From an uncultured Oscillospiraceae bacterium (GTDB taxonomy: Bacteria > Bacillota > Clostridia > Oscillospirales > Oscillospiraceae), in assembly GCA_947625945.1 (NCBI GenBank), contig CANQQI010000001.1, positions 1 to 58,706 of the forward strand: 58,706 nt of DNA. Direction: 5' to 3'. The position numbers and the translations under genes were made by a program. The notes under the pieces are model-generated. The model was not told the DNA's origin, made no database searches, and was given only the letters and a program-made list of their open reading frames with translations. Shown in pieces: positions 8,600 to 18,343 of this stretch. Every line of letters begins with the position of its first letter. Position 1 is the stretch's first letter.

Positions 8600-9225
8600 C
8601 AAAGAAGGCTATTGTACTGCTCATGCTGGTGCCGTTGATCATGATCGGGTGTGTATCTTATCCAGAATCGCAAAGTGGATATAACACGATCGTCACCATT
8701 GCAACGCTGCCGCCGACAGTACCGATTGAATCTGATCCAACACAGGAAGCGCATTGTAGTACAGAAGGACTCTCGGTGGAGGAACCGACAGATACTACAT
8801 ATTTGCCGACTGAACAGCCCGCAGAAACTGCCCCGCCACTGGGCAGGTATGAATCCATTGTCCTATCGGCTGAGGAACTAGATGTCTTCGCCAAAGTGCT
8901 TTGGCTGGAGGCCGGTACAGAACCATTTGAAGGGCAGCAAGCTGCTGCAGAAGTAGTCCTTAACCGGATCCTTTCTCCATACTTCCCCAATTCATTCTCC
9001 GGTGTGATTTACGAAGAGGGACAATTTACAACGATTGAGCGCATTGATGGAGCTAACCCTACTTATGTGCAGTATGACGCAATTAACGCTGCGCTTAATG
9101 GCCCCAATATCCTGCCTTTGGAGGTCGTGTTTTTCAGCCAGACAGGCGAGAACGACAACGTGTGGGGCACCATCGGCGGGCATGTATTCTGCTACCCCTA
9201 CACCTGGGAAGAGGAGGACGCCTGA
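8596..9225 (+). CDS. SleB/CwlJ-like cell wall hydrolase with signal/lipoprotein-like N-terminus
   Basis: LWLEAGTEPFEGQQAAAEVVLNR..FPNS..VIYEEGQF..IGGHVF; hydrophobic N-terminus ending MIGC. Confidence 0.85.
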   Translation: MTKKAIVLLMLVPLIMIGCVSYPESQSGYNTIVTIATLPPTVPIESDPTQEAHCSTEGLSVEEPTDTTYLPTEQPAETAPPLGRYESIVLSAEELDVFAKVLWLEAGTEPFEGQQAAAEVVLNRILSPYFPNSFSGVIYEEGQFTTIERIDGANPTYVQYDAINAALNGPNILPLEVVFFSQTGENDNVWGTIGGHVFCYPYTWEEEDA

Positions 9226-10013
9226 TGTCTGGCAGAGAAGACTATGAGGAGCGCCGCCAGGCGCGAATCGACCGGCTGGAAGCCCGCGCCAAAAAAGAGG
9301 CCGACCTGGCTGCTGCGGAGTTCAAACAGAGCCACGACTTGGTAAAGGATATTCCCTTCGGCCAGCCAAATATCGTTGGGAGGCCCCAACTTCCCCGACT
9401 GCGGGAGCGGAGTGCGGCAGCTATGGACCGTGCCATGGTCCATGACCAAAAAGCGGCCCACTACGAAAGCCGGGCTGAGGCTGCCGCGAATAACCGTGCT
9501 ATTAGCGGCGATGATCCCAATGCCCTGGACAAGCTGGCCGTCAAGCTTCAGGCTTTGGAGGCTGCCCAGAATATGGACAAGGCCCGTAATGCCTATTACC
9601 GCAAGCATAAGACTATAAGAGGGTTTCCCGGCCTGCCTGATGACAAGGCTGCACACATAGATGCGGAACTGTCAAAAGAGCCGGAACGCCTGCGCCGCCC
9701 GGTCCCCGCCTGGTGCCTGTCCAACCGTAATGCCGAAATCAATCGGTTGAAAAAGCGGATGGAGGCCCTTCGAGCTGTTGACGAGATGGAGTGCGTTTCA
9801 ATCGGATTTGAGGGCGGCAGAATCGTTACCAACGAGGAAATCAACCGGGTGCAAATCATCTTTGATGAGAAGCCGGACGATGGGGTCCGGGCAAGGCTCA
9901 AGAGCTACGGATTCAGGTGGGCCCCCAGTGAGGGAGCGTGGCAGGCCCAGCGGAGCCCCGCCGCTCTGCGCCGGGCCAAGTACATCTGTGGTGTTAAAGA
10001 AACCGATGACTGA
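9225..10013 (+). CDS. DUF3560-like protein
   Basis: IPFGQPNIVG; NRVQIIFDEKPD..LKSYGFRWAPSEGAWQ. Confidence 0.75.
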   Translation: MSGREDYEERRQARIDRLEARAKKEADLAAAEFKQSHDLVKDIPFGQPNIVGRPQLPRLRERSAAAMDRAMVHDQKAAHYESRAEAAANNRAISGDDPNALDKLAVKLQALEAAQNMDKARNAYYRKHKTIRGFPGLPDDKAAHIDAELSKEPERLRRPVPAWCLSNRNAEINRLKKRMEALRAVDEMECVSIGFEGGRIVTNEEINRVQIIFDEKPDDGVRARLKSYGFRWAPSEGAWQAQRSPAALRRAKYICGVKETDD

Positions 10014-10025
10014 AAGGAGCGCAAC

Positions 10026-11474
10026 ATGACCGAAATGATTTATTTGCCGGTAAACCTGCTTCATCCCCACCCCAACAATCCCCGCAAGGACTTAGGAGAT
10101 CTTACAGAGCTGGCCGACAGCATCAAGGCCAACGGGATATTCCAGAATCTGACCGTGGTTGCAGGCTGCCGGGCCACTCGTGACGAGTATATTCAAATGG
10201 CAAAGCGGGAGGGTGTCCCGCGAGAGGTGGCCCTTACGCAGTACAAAGACGACCCCAGCGTAGGCGATATTTCTGATGGATACACAGTTATCATCGGCCA
10301 TCGCCGGCTGGCGGCTGCCAAAAAGGCGGGGATCTCCGAAGTCCCCTGTGTCATCGCTGAAATGACTCCCCAGGAGCAGATCAAGACCATGCTCATGGAG
10401 AACATTCAGCGGAGCGACCTTACCGTGTATGAGCAGGCCCAGGGCTTCCAGCTTATGCTGGACATGGGGGAGACGGTGGAGAGTATTTCCAAGGACAGCG
10501 GCTTCTCCAAGAGCACCATCCGCCGCCGGGTGAAGCTCCTGGAGTTAGACCCGGATAAGTTCAAGAAGTCCGAGGCCCGAGGGGCCACACTTCAGGACTA
10601 CCTGGAGCTGGAGCGGATCGAGGCCCCCGAGCTGAAGAACCGGGCCCTAGATGCGATCGGTACGGCCAACTTCCGGGATGCGCTGAAAAAGGCCATCGAG
10701 GACGACAAACTCAAAAAGCGGCTGGCCCAGTGGGAGGCGGACGTCTCCGCCTTTGCCACAAAAATTGCGAAGCGAGGCTATGTGGGAGATACTGAGGTCC
10801 CAATGGATTACCACGCGAATTATCACAAGTGGAACCAGCGCGCCGAGGTGGAGCGACCTGCGGACACTGATACGGTCGGTTACTACTACACCATCAGCGA
10901 CACCGAGATCTACATCTACAAGGACCACCGGGACCGGCTCGAAACCGAGGAGGACATTCAGCGTAAAGAACGGGAGCGGGAGTTTGAGCGCGCCGGGGAC
11001 GAGCTGGAGGAAATCACTGAGCGACACTTCGCCCTGCGGTCCGAGTTCGTCTCCAGCTTCGGAGCGGCCAAGCGGAACGCCCTGCAGATCATGAAGTACG
11101 CCGCCAGCATCATCGTGGGCAACGGCGGGTACAGATCGGACGACATCAACACCGATCTGCTGGCCGAGCTGCTGGATCTGGACATTGATGACGACACCGA
11201 CTTTGCTGCACTCAGGGCCCTGGTCGAAGCCGAGATGGAGCTGAACCCCGAGTACGCCCTCCTGGCCTGCGCCTATGCTTCCTGCGATAACGACGAGAAC
11301 GGGTACTGGAAGATGGAATGGAGCGACGGCGCCTATCACCACGTCTACAAGGCCAATGATGACCTTGACCAGCTTTATGACTTCCTGATCTCCCTGGGCT
11401 ATGAGATGTCCGATGAGGAAAAGGCCATGCAGAATGGAACGTGCAATCTGTTGGAGACCAGTTCCGAGGGATAG
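10026..11474 (+). CDS. ParB/RepB/Spo0J-family protein
   Basis: HPNNPRKDLGDLTELADSIKANGI..IIGHRRLAAA..ENIQRSDL, HTH. Confidence 0.88.
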   Translation: MTEMIYLPVNLLHPHPNNPRKDLGDLTELADSIKANGIFQNLTVVAGCRATRDEYIQMAKREGVPREVALTQYKDDPSVGDISDGYTVIIGHRRLAAAKKAGISEVPCVIAEMTPQEQIKTMLMENIQRSDLTVYEQAQGFQLMLDMGETVESISKDSGFSKSTIRRRVKLLELDPDKFKKSEARGATLQDYLELERIEAPELKNRALDAIGTANFRDALKKAIEDDKLKKRLAQWEADVSAFATKIAKRGYVGDTEVPMDYHANYHKWNQRAEVERPADTDTVGYYYTISDTEIYIYKDHRDRLETEEDIQRKEREREFERAGDELEEITERHFALRSEFVSSFGAAKRNALQIMKYAASIIVGNGGYRSDDINTDLLAELLDLDIDDDTDFAALRALVEAEMELNPEYALLACAYASCDNDENGYWKMEWSDGAYHHVYKANDDLDQLYDFLISLGYEMSDEEKAMQNGTCNLLETSSEG

Positions 11475-11529
11475 GCTGCAGAAGTGACTTTGACAACTGA
11501 GCAGTAAAGCAACCGGAGGTGGGAAACCC

Positions 11530-12069
11530 ATGAACACTGATGAGATCGTGAAACTTGCCGCTGAAACCGGAGCAAAGGCGGCAATAGAAACGCTGGACAG
11601 AGAGCGCCAGCGAGAGCGTCGGGAGGCGGCGGATCGCCGCCTCCGTAATACGAAACTGCTATTGCGGAATTACCGCGTGTTTCAAACTCACGTTGCCAAC
11701 GCAGTCTTCAAGGTGGAGGACTACGAATCCCCCGAGGAGATTTTGGCTGATCTGATGATGCCCGGACGAGATAATACCCTGTTCGTTGAGAGCATTAAGC
11801 AGTCCGTTGCACGGACCGCTACTATCGTCAAGCACATGGAGACCATGATGGCACTCTACAAGGCGTACTGCACCTATACCGGTACTCCAGAGGACGAGCG
11901 CCGCTGGCGGGTCATTGACGGACTCTACATCAACGAGCAGCGCCGGACGGTGCCAGAGTTGGCCCGGGCTGAGGGCGTGGTGGAGCGTACCATCTACAAG
12001 GACATCGACATTGCCTGTGAGAGAATCGCCGCTCTGATGTTTGGTGTCGATGGCCTAAAAAGGATGTGA
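11530..12069 (+). CDS. RinA/ArpU-like transcriptional activator (sigma region-4-like HTH)
   Basis: NTKLLLRNYR; C-terminal ELARAEGVVERTIYKDIDIA. Confidence 0.65.
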   Translation: MNTDEIVKLAAETGAKAAIETLDRERQRERREAADRRLRNTKLLLRNYRVFQTHVANAVFKVEDYESPEEILADLMMPGRDNTLFVESIKQSVARTATIVKHMETMMALYKAYCTYTGTPEDERRWRVIDGLYINEQRRTVPELARAEGVVERTIYKDIDIACERIAALMFGVDGLKRM

Positions 12070-12075
12070 TGTGGC

Positions 12076-12267
12076 ATGGCAGAAAATACTGAAATTGCGT
12101 GCAGTCCTTGCGAACACTGTGCCCAAATCAAGAAATGTTTCCATCCATGCAAAGAGCGTTACGACTACTGGGAGCTCAAAATCGGAGCGATCCGGCGGGC
12201 CGTTTTCGGAGAGGGAAATGGCTGTGAAGAAGACACAGCCAATGAAACAATTTGCAAAGGAGAATGA
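12076..12267 (+). CDS. Small Cys-rich hypothetical protein
   Basis: CSPCEHC..C..C; operon tiling. Confidence 0.55.
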   Translation: MAENTEIACSPCEHCAQIKKCFHPCKERYDYWELKIGAIRRAVFGEGNGCEEDTANETICKGE

Positions 12268-12269
12268 AT

Positions 12270-12728
12270 ATGAAAAATTTTGCCAAGCCCCGGCTGGCGG
12301 AGGTGCTGGGGGTAGAAGTGGGAGAACGGTTTAAGGTTAGCGATTCTGATGGCGGATGGGATGGAGATGTTGTTTTTCACATTAACGAATATGGGAAATT
12401 TATATCTGGCAAAGACCCCGGAAGCAGCATTGCTTTATGCTGTGCAATTCAGCACCCGGAGCGCATAATCCGCACCCCGCACCTGACCGATCCGGAGTTG
12501 GCAATCTGCAAGGCAGTGGGGGCTAAGTGGGTGAGCATGAACGCAATCGGCATCGGAAAGTCAAGAGTTACACTTTGGGACGATAAACCGATTTTTGACG
12601 GGTCAATGTTTTACATTACGGAAGACGATGAGAGTTCCATCGTAGTAGGCACAATCGGAAGAATTAACCAAAATCTTTTCCCAAGCGTCCACCCCGGCGA
12701 TTTGATTCCGGTAAATCTGGAGAAATAG
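12270..12728 (+). CDS. Phage hypothetical protein
   Basis: KPRLAEVLGVEVGERF; SD AAGGAG. Confidence 0.7.
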   Translation: MKNFAKPRLAEVLGVEVGERFKVSDSDGGWDGDVVFHINEYGKFISGKDPGSSIALCCAIQHPERIIRTPHLTDPELAICKAVGAKWVSMNAIGIGKSRVTLWDDKPIFDGSMFYITEDDESSIVVGTIGRINQNLFPSVHPGDLIPVNLEK

Positions 12729-12732
12729 AGAC

Positions 12733-15231
12733 ATGACGTACCTGGATTTTTTGCGGGGGAAAATCGCTCTGGCAAAGCGGACAGGATTTGCAGTTGATCC
12801 AGATGAAGTCAATCCCGCCTTGAAACCGCACCAGGCAGATGCTGTGCGTTGGGCTGTTCAAGGCGGGAGAAGGGGACTGTTTGAGTCTTTTGGCCTTGGA
12901 AAGACCGTGCAGGAGCTTGAATTTTGCCGCTTAGTTACAGCGCACCAAGGAGGTCAGGCGCTCATCGTACTACCCCTCGGAGTACGGCAGGAGTTTTGCC
13001 GGGACGCCGTGGAACTGCTGGGATGGTCAAGTCCGCCAGTCTATGTCCGCACAATGGCCGAAATCAATGATAATCAGGATGCGGCAGTCCTCATGACAAA
13101 CTATGAGCGGGTCCGGGATGGAGATATTGACCCGGCTGTCTTCACAGCAACGGTACTCGATGAAGCGTCGGTCCTCAGATCCTTTGGCAGCAAAACATAT
13201 CAGACCTTTTTGGACAAGTTTAAGGGCATACCGTATAAGCTGGTTGCGACAGCTACACCGTCTCCCAACAAGTACAAAGAGCTGATCCATTATGCTGGCT
13301 TCCTGGAGATCATGGACACCGGCCAGGCCCTGACCCGGTTTTTTCAGAGGGACAGTACCAAAGCCAATAACTTGACGCTATACCCGCACAAAGAGGATGA
13401 GTTTTGGCTTTGGGTGAGCTCATGGGCGTTGGTATTGACAACGCCCTCCGATCTGGGATATCCGGATGAAGGATATGACCTTCCGCCGCTGGAGATTCGC
13501 CGCCATGTGGTAGCCGAGGGTTACAACAGCAATCTCGACCGCGATGGTCAGTACAAGATCATCAACGATGTAACAATGTCTCTAGCCGAAGCGGCAAAAG
13601 AGAAACGGGAAAGCATTTCGATTCGGGTGGCAAAGGCAAAGGAAATTGTAGATAGCGATCCGGAAGCGCATTTTCTGCTCTGGCATGATTTAGAGGCCGA
13701 ACGAAATGCCATTAAAGCCGCCATACCGGATGTGGTGGATATCTACGGATCTATGGACTACGATGAGCGCGAACGTCGGGTTATTGACTTCTCCGAAGGG
13801 AAGACCCGGCTGTTTGCGACGAAAAAGAGCCTGTCCGGCTCCGGATGCAATTTCCAGAGGCATTGCCACCGGGCAATATTTATTGGCATTGACTATGAGT
13901 TCAACGATTTTATCCAGGCGATTCACCGTATCTATCGATTCTTGCAAACAGAGACGGTGATCATCGACATCATCTGTACCGAGGCCGAAGATCCTATTTA
14001 CCGGACGCTGATGGAAAAATGGAAGCAGCACAATCATCTGCAGCAGCGAATGCGGGAAATCGTGAAAAAATACGGCCTGGGCGGAGTCCAGATGGCGGAA
14101 GCCATGGCCAGAAGCATAGGAGTTGATCGTGTGGAAGTAAAAGGGAAAAACTTTGTTGCAGTCAATAACGATTGCGTCGAGGAAACTAAGAAGATGGAGA
14201 GTGACAGCGTAGATCTGATCGTAACTTCAATTCCCTTTTCAAACCATTATGAGTACACCCCAAGTTATAACGACTTTGGGCACAACAAAGATACCGAGAA
14301 GTTCTTTGAGCAGATGGATTTTTTAACACCCAATCTGCTTCGAGTGCTGAAACCGGGCCGGGTTTTCTGCTGCCATGTCAAGGATCGGGTACTGTTTGGC
14401 AACGCCACCGGAATGGGGATGCCGACGATGGAACCATTCCACGCTATGTGCATTCGGCACTATATGGGGCATGGATTTGCCTACATGGGAATGATTACGG
14501 TTGTTACAGATGTTGTCCGCGAAAATAATCAAACTTATCGGCTTGGATGGACGGAGCAGTGCAAGGATGGCACCAAGATGGGCGTTGGATGTCCTGAGTA
14601 CATCCTGCTGTTCCGGAAGCTGCCAACTGATCACTCAAAAGCCTATGCCGACGAGCCGGTGGCGAAGTCCAAGGACGATTATACCCGTGCCCAGTGGCAG
14701 ATTGACGCCCATGGATTTTGGAGATCCAGCGGAGACAGGCTTTTGACAAAGGAAGAGCTGGAGAAGATGCCGGTAGATCGGCTTCAGGCTGCCTATCGAA
14801 AGTTCAGCCGTGGAAGCGTGTACAGCTATGCAGACCATGTAGCCCTGGCAAAAAAATTGGATGAAGACGGACACCTGCCCGCGACTTTTATGGTAGTGGC
14901 GCCGGGGAGCTGGACAGATCAGGTTTGGGACGACATCAACCGGATGAGGACTCTCAATACAACCCAGAGCCAGCGCCGGCAGCAGCTTCATGTGTGCCCG
15001 CTCCAGCTTGATATCGTGGACCGACTCATCAACCGCTATTCTAACCCCGGCGATCTGGTCCTTGACCCCTTTGGCGGTATTGGTACTGTTGCCTTAGAGG
15101 CAATTAAGGGGGGGCGGAAAGGATACACAGTTGAGCTGAACAGCGATTATTTTCGGGACGCGGTAGGCTATTTGCAGGAATATGAGCGGACAGATGATAA
15201 TTTCAGCCTCTTTGATTTGCTGGAGGCGTAA
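12733..15231 (+). CDS. SNF2-like helicase fused to a beta-class N4/N6 DNA methyltransferase
   Basis: GLGKT, LDEAS, ATATP, HRIYR helicase motifs; DLIVTSIPF and VLDPFGGIGT MTase motifs. Confidence 0.9.
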   Translation: MTYLDFLRGKIALAKRTGFAVDPDEVNPALKPHQADAVRWAVQGGRRGLFESFGLGKTVQELEFCRLVTAHQGGQALIVLPLGVRQEFCRDAVELLGWSSPPVYVRTMAEINDNQDAAVLMTNYERVRDGDIDPAVFTATVLDEASVLRSFGSKTYQTFLDKFKGIPYKLVATATPSPNKYKELIHYAGFLEIMDTGQALTRFFQRDSTKANNLTLYPHKEDEFWLWVSSWALVLTTPSDLGYPDEGYDLPPLEIRRHVVAEGYNSNLDRDGQYKIINDVTMSLAEAAKEKRESISIRVAKAKEIVDSDPEAHFLLWHDLEAERNAIKAAIPDVVDIYGSMDYDERERRVIDFSEGKTRLFATKKSLSGSGCNFQRHCHRAIFIGIDYEFNDFIQAIHRIYRFLQTETVIIDIICTEAEDPIYRTLMEKWKQHNHLQQRMREIVKKYGLGGVQMAEAMARSIGVDRVEVKGKNFVAVNNDCVEETKKMESDSVDLIVTSIPFSNHYEYTPSYNDFGHNKDTEKFFEQMDFLTPNLLRVLKPGRVFCCHVKDRVLFGNATGMGMPTMEPFHAMCIRHYMGHGFAYMGMITVVTDVVRENNQTYRLGWTEQCKDGTKMGVGCPEYILLFRKLPTDHSKAYADEPVAKSKDDYTRAQWQIDAHGFWRSSGDRLLTKEELEKMPVDRLQAAYRKFSRGSVYSYADHVALAKKLDEDGHLPATFMVVAPGSWTDQVWDDINRMRTLNTTQSQRRQQLHVCPLQLDIVDRLINRYSNPGDLVLDPFGGIGTVALEAIKGGRKGYTVELNSDYFRDAVGYLQEYERTDDNFSLFDLLEA

Positions 15232-15249
15232 AAAGAAAGGACAGATCAC

Positions 15250-15606
15250 ATGCCAAACGCTTATCTTAAAAAACAGCGGGAAATTGAGCAAGCCTCTCTG
15301 AGCATCGGGATGCAGGTGGGAATCCAGAAATGTTTTGATCTGATGTGCCTCTGCCTCCACGATCCGGCGGTTATGGGCAAGGACACCTTTGGAGCAGCTC
15401 GGATCCAAAAATTGTTTGAAGCGCTCCACCAATACGAGCGAGAGCTTGGCGATGCCTGGAGCATGGAGGTTGAGTCCGACGTGCAGCAGGAGCATCTGGA
15501 TGCCATGCTCAGAGAGATTTTCGGTGAAAGCCTAGTCCCGTTTGCCACCCGCTACCCGGAGGTTGCGAAGCCGAATTACAACAGACCCAAGAAACGGTGG
15601 AAATAA
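15250..15606 (+). CDS. Phage hypothetical protein
   Basis: SD GAAAGGA; LHDP..MGKDTFG. Confidence 0.75.
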   Translation: MPNAYLKKQREIEQASLSIGMQVGIQKCFDLMCLCLHDPAVMGKDTFGAARIQKLFEALHQYERELGDAWSMEVESDVQQEHLDAMLREIFGESLVPFATRYPEVAKPNYNRPKKRWK

Positions 15607-15681
15607 TCGAGGAGGTAGAGCGATGAGCAGTAAAGAAGTTTTAGAATCCGGCGCCTGCATCTGCGTGGAGGAGGCGGGAAA

Positions 15682-16173
15682 ATGAAAAAAGCTGTACTTA
15701 TAAGCATACGGCCAAAATGGTGCGAACTTATTGCAAACGGGAAAAAGACAATCGAAGTGAGAAAGACCCGTCCGAAGCTGGGAACTCCGTTCAAGTGCTA
15801 CATATACGAAACAAAAGGAAAATCGGACGTTCCTGTTTGGATGGATGAGGATGGGCACGTTTCATACGAAACCGGCGGAGAGGTTATCGGCGAGTTTGTT
15901 TGTGACAAAGTTGAATCGCGCCCGTTCGGGAACGGGATAGCGGCGTATTATTCAAATGAGGTTGGAACATGCCTGTCTGACGTAGAATTGAGGTTATATG
16001 CAACTGCTGGAAAGCCTTTGTATTTTTGGCACATATCAGACCTGATAATCTACGACGAGCCGAAAGAGCTGAGCGAGTTTCGACATTGCGGAAAAAACTA
16101 TCATTTTAACCCAATAATTACAAAACCGCCGCAGTCTTGGTGCTATGTGGAGGAGGCGGGCTTCGATGCTTGA
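15682..16173 (+). CDS. ASCH-domain protein
   Basis: LISIRPKWCELIANGKKTIEVRK; PPQSWCYV. Confidence 0.85.
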   Translation: MKKAVLISIRPKWCELIANGKKTIEVRKTRPKLGTPFKCYIYETKGKSDVPVWMDEDGHVSYETGGEVIGEFVCDKVESRPFGNGIAAYYSNEVGTCLSDVELRLYATAGKPLYFWHISDLIIYDEPKELSEFRHCGKNYHFNPIITKPPQSWCYVEEAGFDA

Positions 16174-16618
16174 AGTGTGCCCTATGACGCTGAAGGAGGC
16201 CAATTCCTTTGTTGAGCAGCACCATCGGCACCACGGGCCAGTAGTTGGGCACAAGTTTTCGATTGGCTGCACCGATGGAGAAAAGATCGTGGGCGTAGCT
16301 ATCGTGGGCCGCCCGGTTTCCCGCCATCTTGACGATGGCTGGACACTGGAAGTCAACCGGCTATGCACAGACGGGACCCGCAATGCCTGTTCTATGTTGT
16401 ACGCTGCTGCCTGGAGAGCGGCCCGCGCTATGGGGTACAAGAAGTTGGTTACTTATATTCTTGACAGCGAGAACGGGACCAGCCTGCGGGCTGCCGGGTG
16501 GAAGTGCGTTGGACAAGCTGGTGGGCTCAGGTGGACCGGAAAGCGCCGCCCCACTGTGGATATGTACCCGGCACAGATGAAGATCAGATTTGAGAAGGAG
16601 GCGAGCGGAAATGCCTAG
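16166..16618 (+). CDS. XF1762-like protein (Mom-like GNAT fold)
   Basis: HHRHH..GVAIVGRPVSR..LEVNRLCTDG..NACSMLY..VTYIL..G.SLRAAGW. Confidence 0.75.
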   Translation: MLEVCPMTLKEANSFVEQHHRHHGPVVGHKFSIGCTDGEKIVGVAIVGRPVSRHLDDGWTLEVNRLCTDGTRNACSMLYAAAWRAARAMGYKKLVTYILDSENGTSLRAAGWKCVGQAGGLRWTGKRRPTVDMYPAQMKIRFEKEASGNA

Positions 16619-16865
16619 AAAGATAGCAGTGCGCTTGCAATGTAGCAACTGCGGAGCGGCTGAAGTGATTAAAAATCGGATCGATGAAACGGAAAAAGCC
16701 ATAAAGAGCGGTTGGGGCAGCTATGGTCGGGCTCTGTATTGCCCCCAATGCTCCAAGACGTGGGATGAACGCAATCCCGGTAGACCTATGGCCGATGAGA
16801 GACATACATTTTGGGTTATTGCCGGGATTGTCCAGCGTAGTTTGCAGGAGGCGACCAGCGAATGA
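16611..16865 (+). CDS. Zn-ribbon hypothetical protein
   Basis: CSNCG..CPQC. Confidence 0.65.
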   Translation: MPRKIAVRLQCSNCGAAEVIKNRIDETEKAIKSGWGSYGRALYCPQCSKTWDERNPGRPMADERHTFWVIAGIVQRSLQEATSE

Positions 16866-17338
16866 ACAGGGAGATTCTTTTCCGGGGCCGCAAAAAAGGC
16901 GGAACAGAATGGTTCGAGGGCGACCTGTCCTACTTGGTATACGACAAGAGAGAGTGCTATATCTTCCCGGCGGACGGGTGCAACAGCCCGGATTGGTACG
17001 AGGTTGACCCTGACACCGTTGGGCAGTACACGGGGCTGTCGGATAAGAACGGGAAGAAGATTTTCGAGGGGGATATTCTATCTGTCCTAGATGGAAATAT
17101 CGAACAATATAGGTTTGTAGTTGCCTTTGGCCGGTGCGGAGGAGTCGAAAATACTGACCACGAGGTCGGATATATGGGATTCTTCCTTGTGCCGGGAAAC
17201 AAAAAAACAGAGCAGTCTTGTAAATGCGGACTCAGAAATGACATCGTTTTTTTCCTTAATTGTGATTATGATGCTGTTGTTGCCGGAAACCGGTGGGACA
17301 ACCCGGAGCTGCTGGAGGTGAAGGGAAAAGATGCCTAG
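16862..17338 (+). CDS. YopX-family protein
   Basis: MNREILFRG..TVGQYTGLSDKNGKKIFEGDI..GNRWDNPELL. Confidence 0.9.
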   Translation: MNREILFRGRKKGGTEWFEGDLSYLVYDKRECYIFPADGCNSPDWYEVDPDTVGQYTGLSDKNGKKIFEGDILSVLDGNIEQYRFVVAFGRCGGVENTDHEVGYMGFFLVPGNKKTEQSCKCGLRNDIVFFLNCDYDAVVAGNRWDNPELLEVKGKDA

Positions 17339-17542
17339 CTTGTTGTAAATCTTGTTGGAGCTTGTTGGAACTTGATATCATGATATCAAAGGAGCCGATA
17401 AAAATGAAATGTGATGATTGCTTTGTAAATGTCCAGGCCCAAAAGAGCAAAGAGCCGGCCTGCTGCGCATGGTATCTTGACCACGTTATTATTGGAGGCG
17501 AAGACGTAGAGAAATGTTCAATTGGAAAGGAGGCGGATGGAA

Positions 17543-18343
17543 ATGGCGGTCAAGCCGGTTCTGTTCAGCACCGAAATGGTCCGGGCCATTCTGGACAAAC
17601 GGAAGACGGTAATGCGGCAGGTGATCAAGGGCGCAGATCCGGATTGGAGCTTCACGGGGCTGTCGAATGACATCGTGATTATAGGTTGTGATCGATACGG
17701 AATGGAATATCCCAAGCACGTTGACGGGGTGTGGGCCACGTTTGAGGGCTGGAACGGATATACAGACTATCCTTGCTTCAAAGCTCCATACCAGCCTGGC
17801 GACATCCTCTACGTGCGGGAGACGTGGCAGTTCGTGCCATGCACCGATTGCCGCGCCGATGCGGCTTGCGCAGAGCATCCTCAGACGTATGAGACCCAGG
17901 CCTGCGTCTATGATGGGTGCTACCTCTACTTGGCAGATTATCCACAGGTGGATGCGAAAAAGGTGCACTGGCACCCCTCCGTTCAAATGCCCCGCGAAGC
18001 TGCCCGTATTTTCCTGCGGGTAAAGAACGTGAGGGTGGAGCGATTGCAGGACAGTTTCTTTTTGACTGAAAGCCCGATTTTTGCTTTTCTAGCGGAAGGA
18101 ATTGACATTGGCGACGATTGCCGGGAGTGCATCGAATCCTACGGAAATCCGTGCTGCATCGAAGCGGCGGATGAAGATGGTTCCATAGAGTGTGGCTTTC
18201 TGGATGACGTGCGTACAGAGTTTTCGGAATCATGGGACCGCAGAATCAAGCCTAAAGATCTGGAGGAATACGGCTGGGCGGCAAATCCATGGTGTTTTGT
18301 GACCGAGTTTGAGCAGATCAGCAAGGAGGAGGCGATGAAATGA
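17543..18343 (+). CDS. ASCH/PUA-like phage protein
   Basis: KPVLFSTEMVRAILD.RKT..GDILYVRETW..W.PSVQMPREAARIFL..W.ANPW. Confidence 0.8.
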   Translation: MAVKPVLFSTEMVRAILDKRKTVMRQVIKGADPDWSFTGLSNDIVIIGCDRYGMEYPKHVDGVWATFEGWNGYTDYPCFKAPYQPGDILYVRETWQFVPCTDCRADAACAEHPQTYETQACVYDGCYLYLADYPQVDAKKVHWHPSVQMPREAARIFLRVKNVRVERLQDSFFLTESPIFAFLAEGIDIGDDCRECIESYGNPCCIEAADEDGSIECGFLDDVRTEFSESWDRRIKPKDLEEYGWAANPWCFVTEFEQISKEEAMK

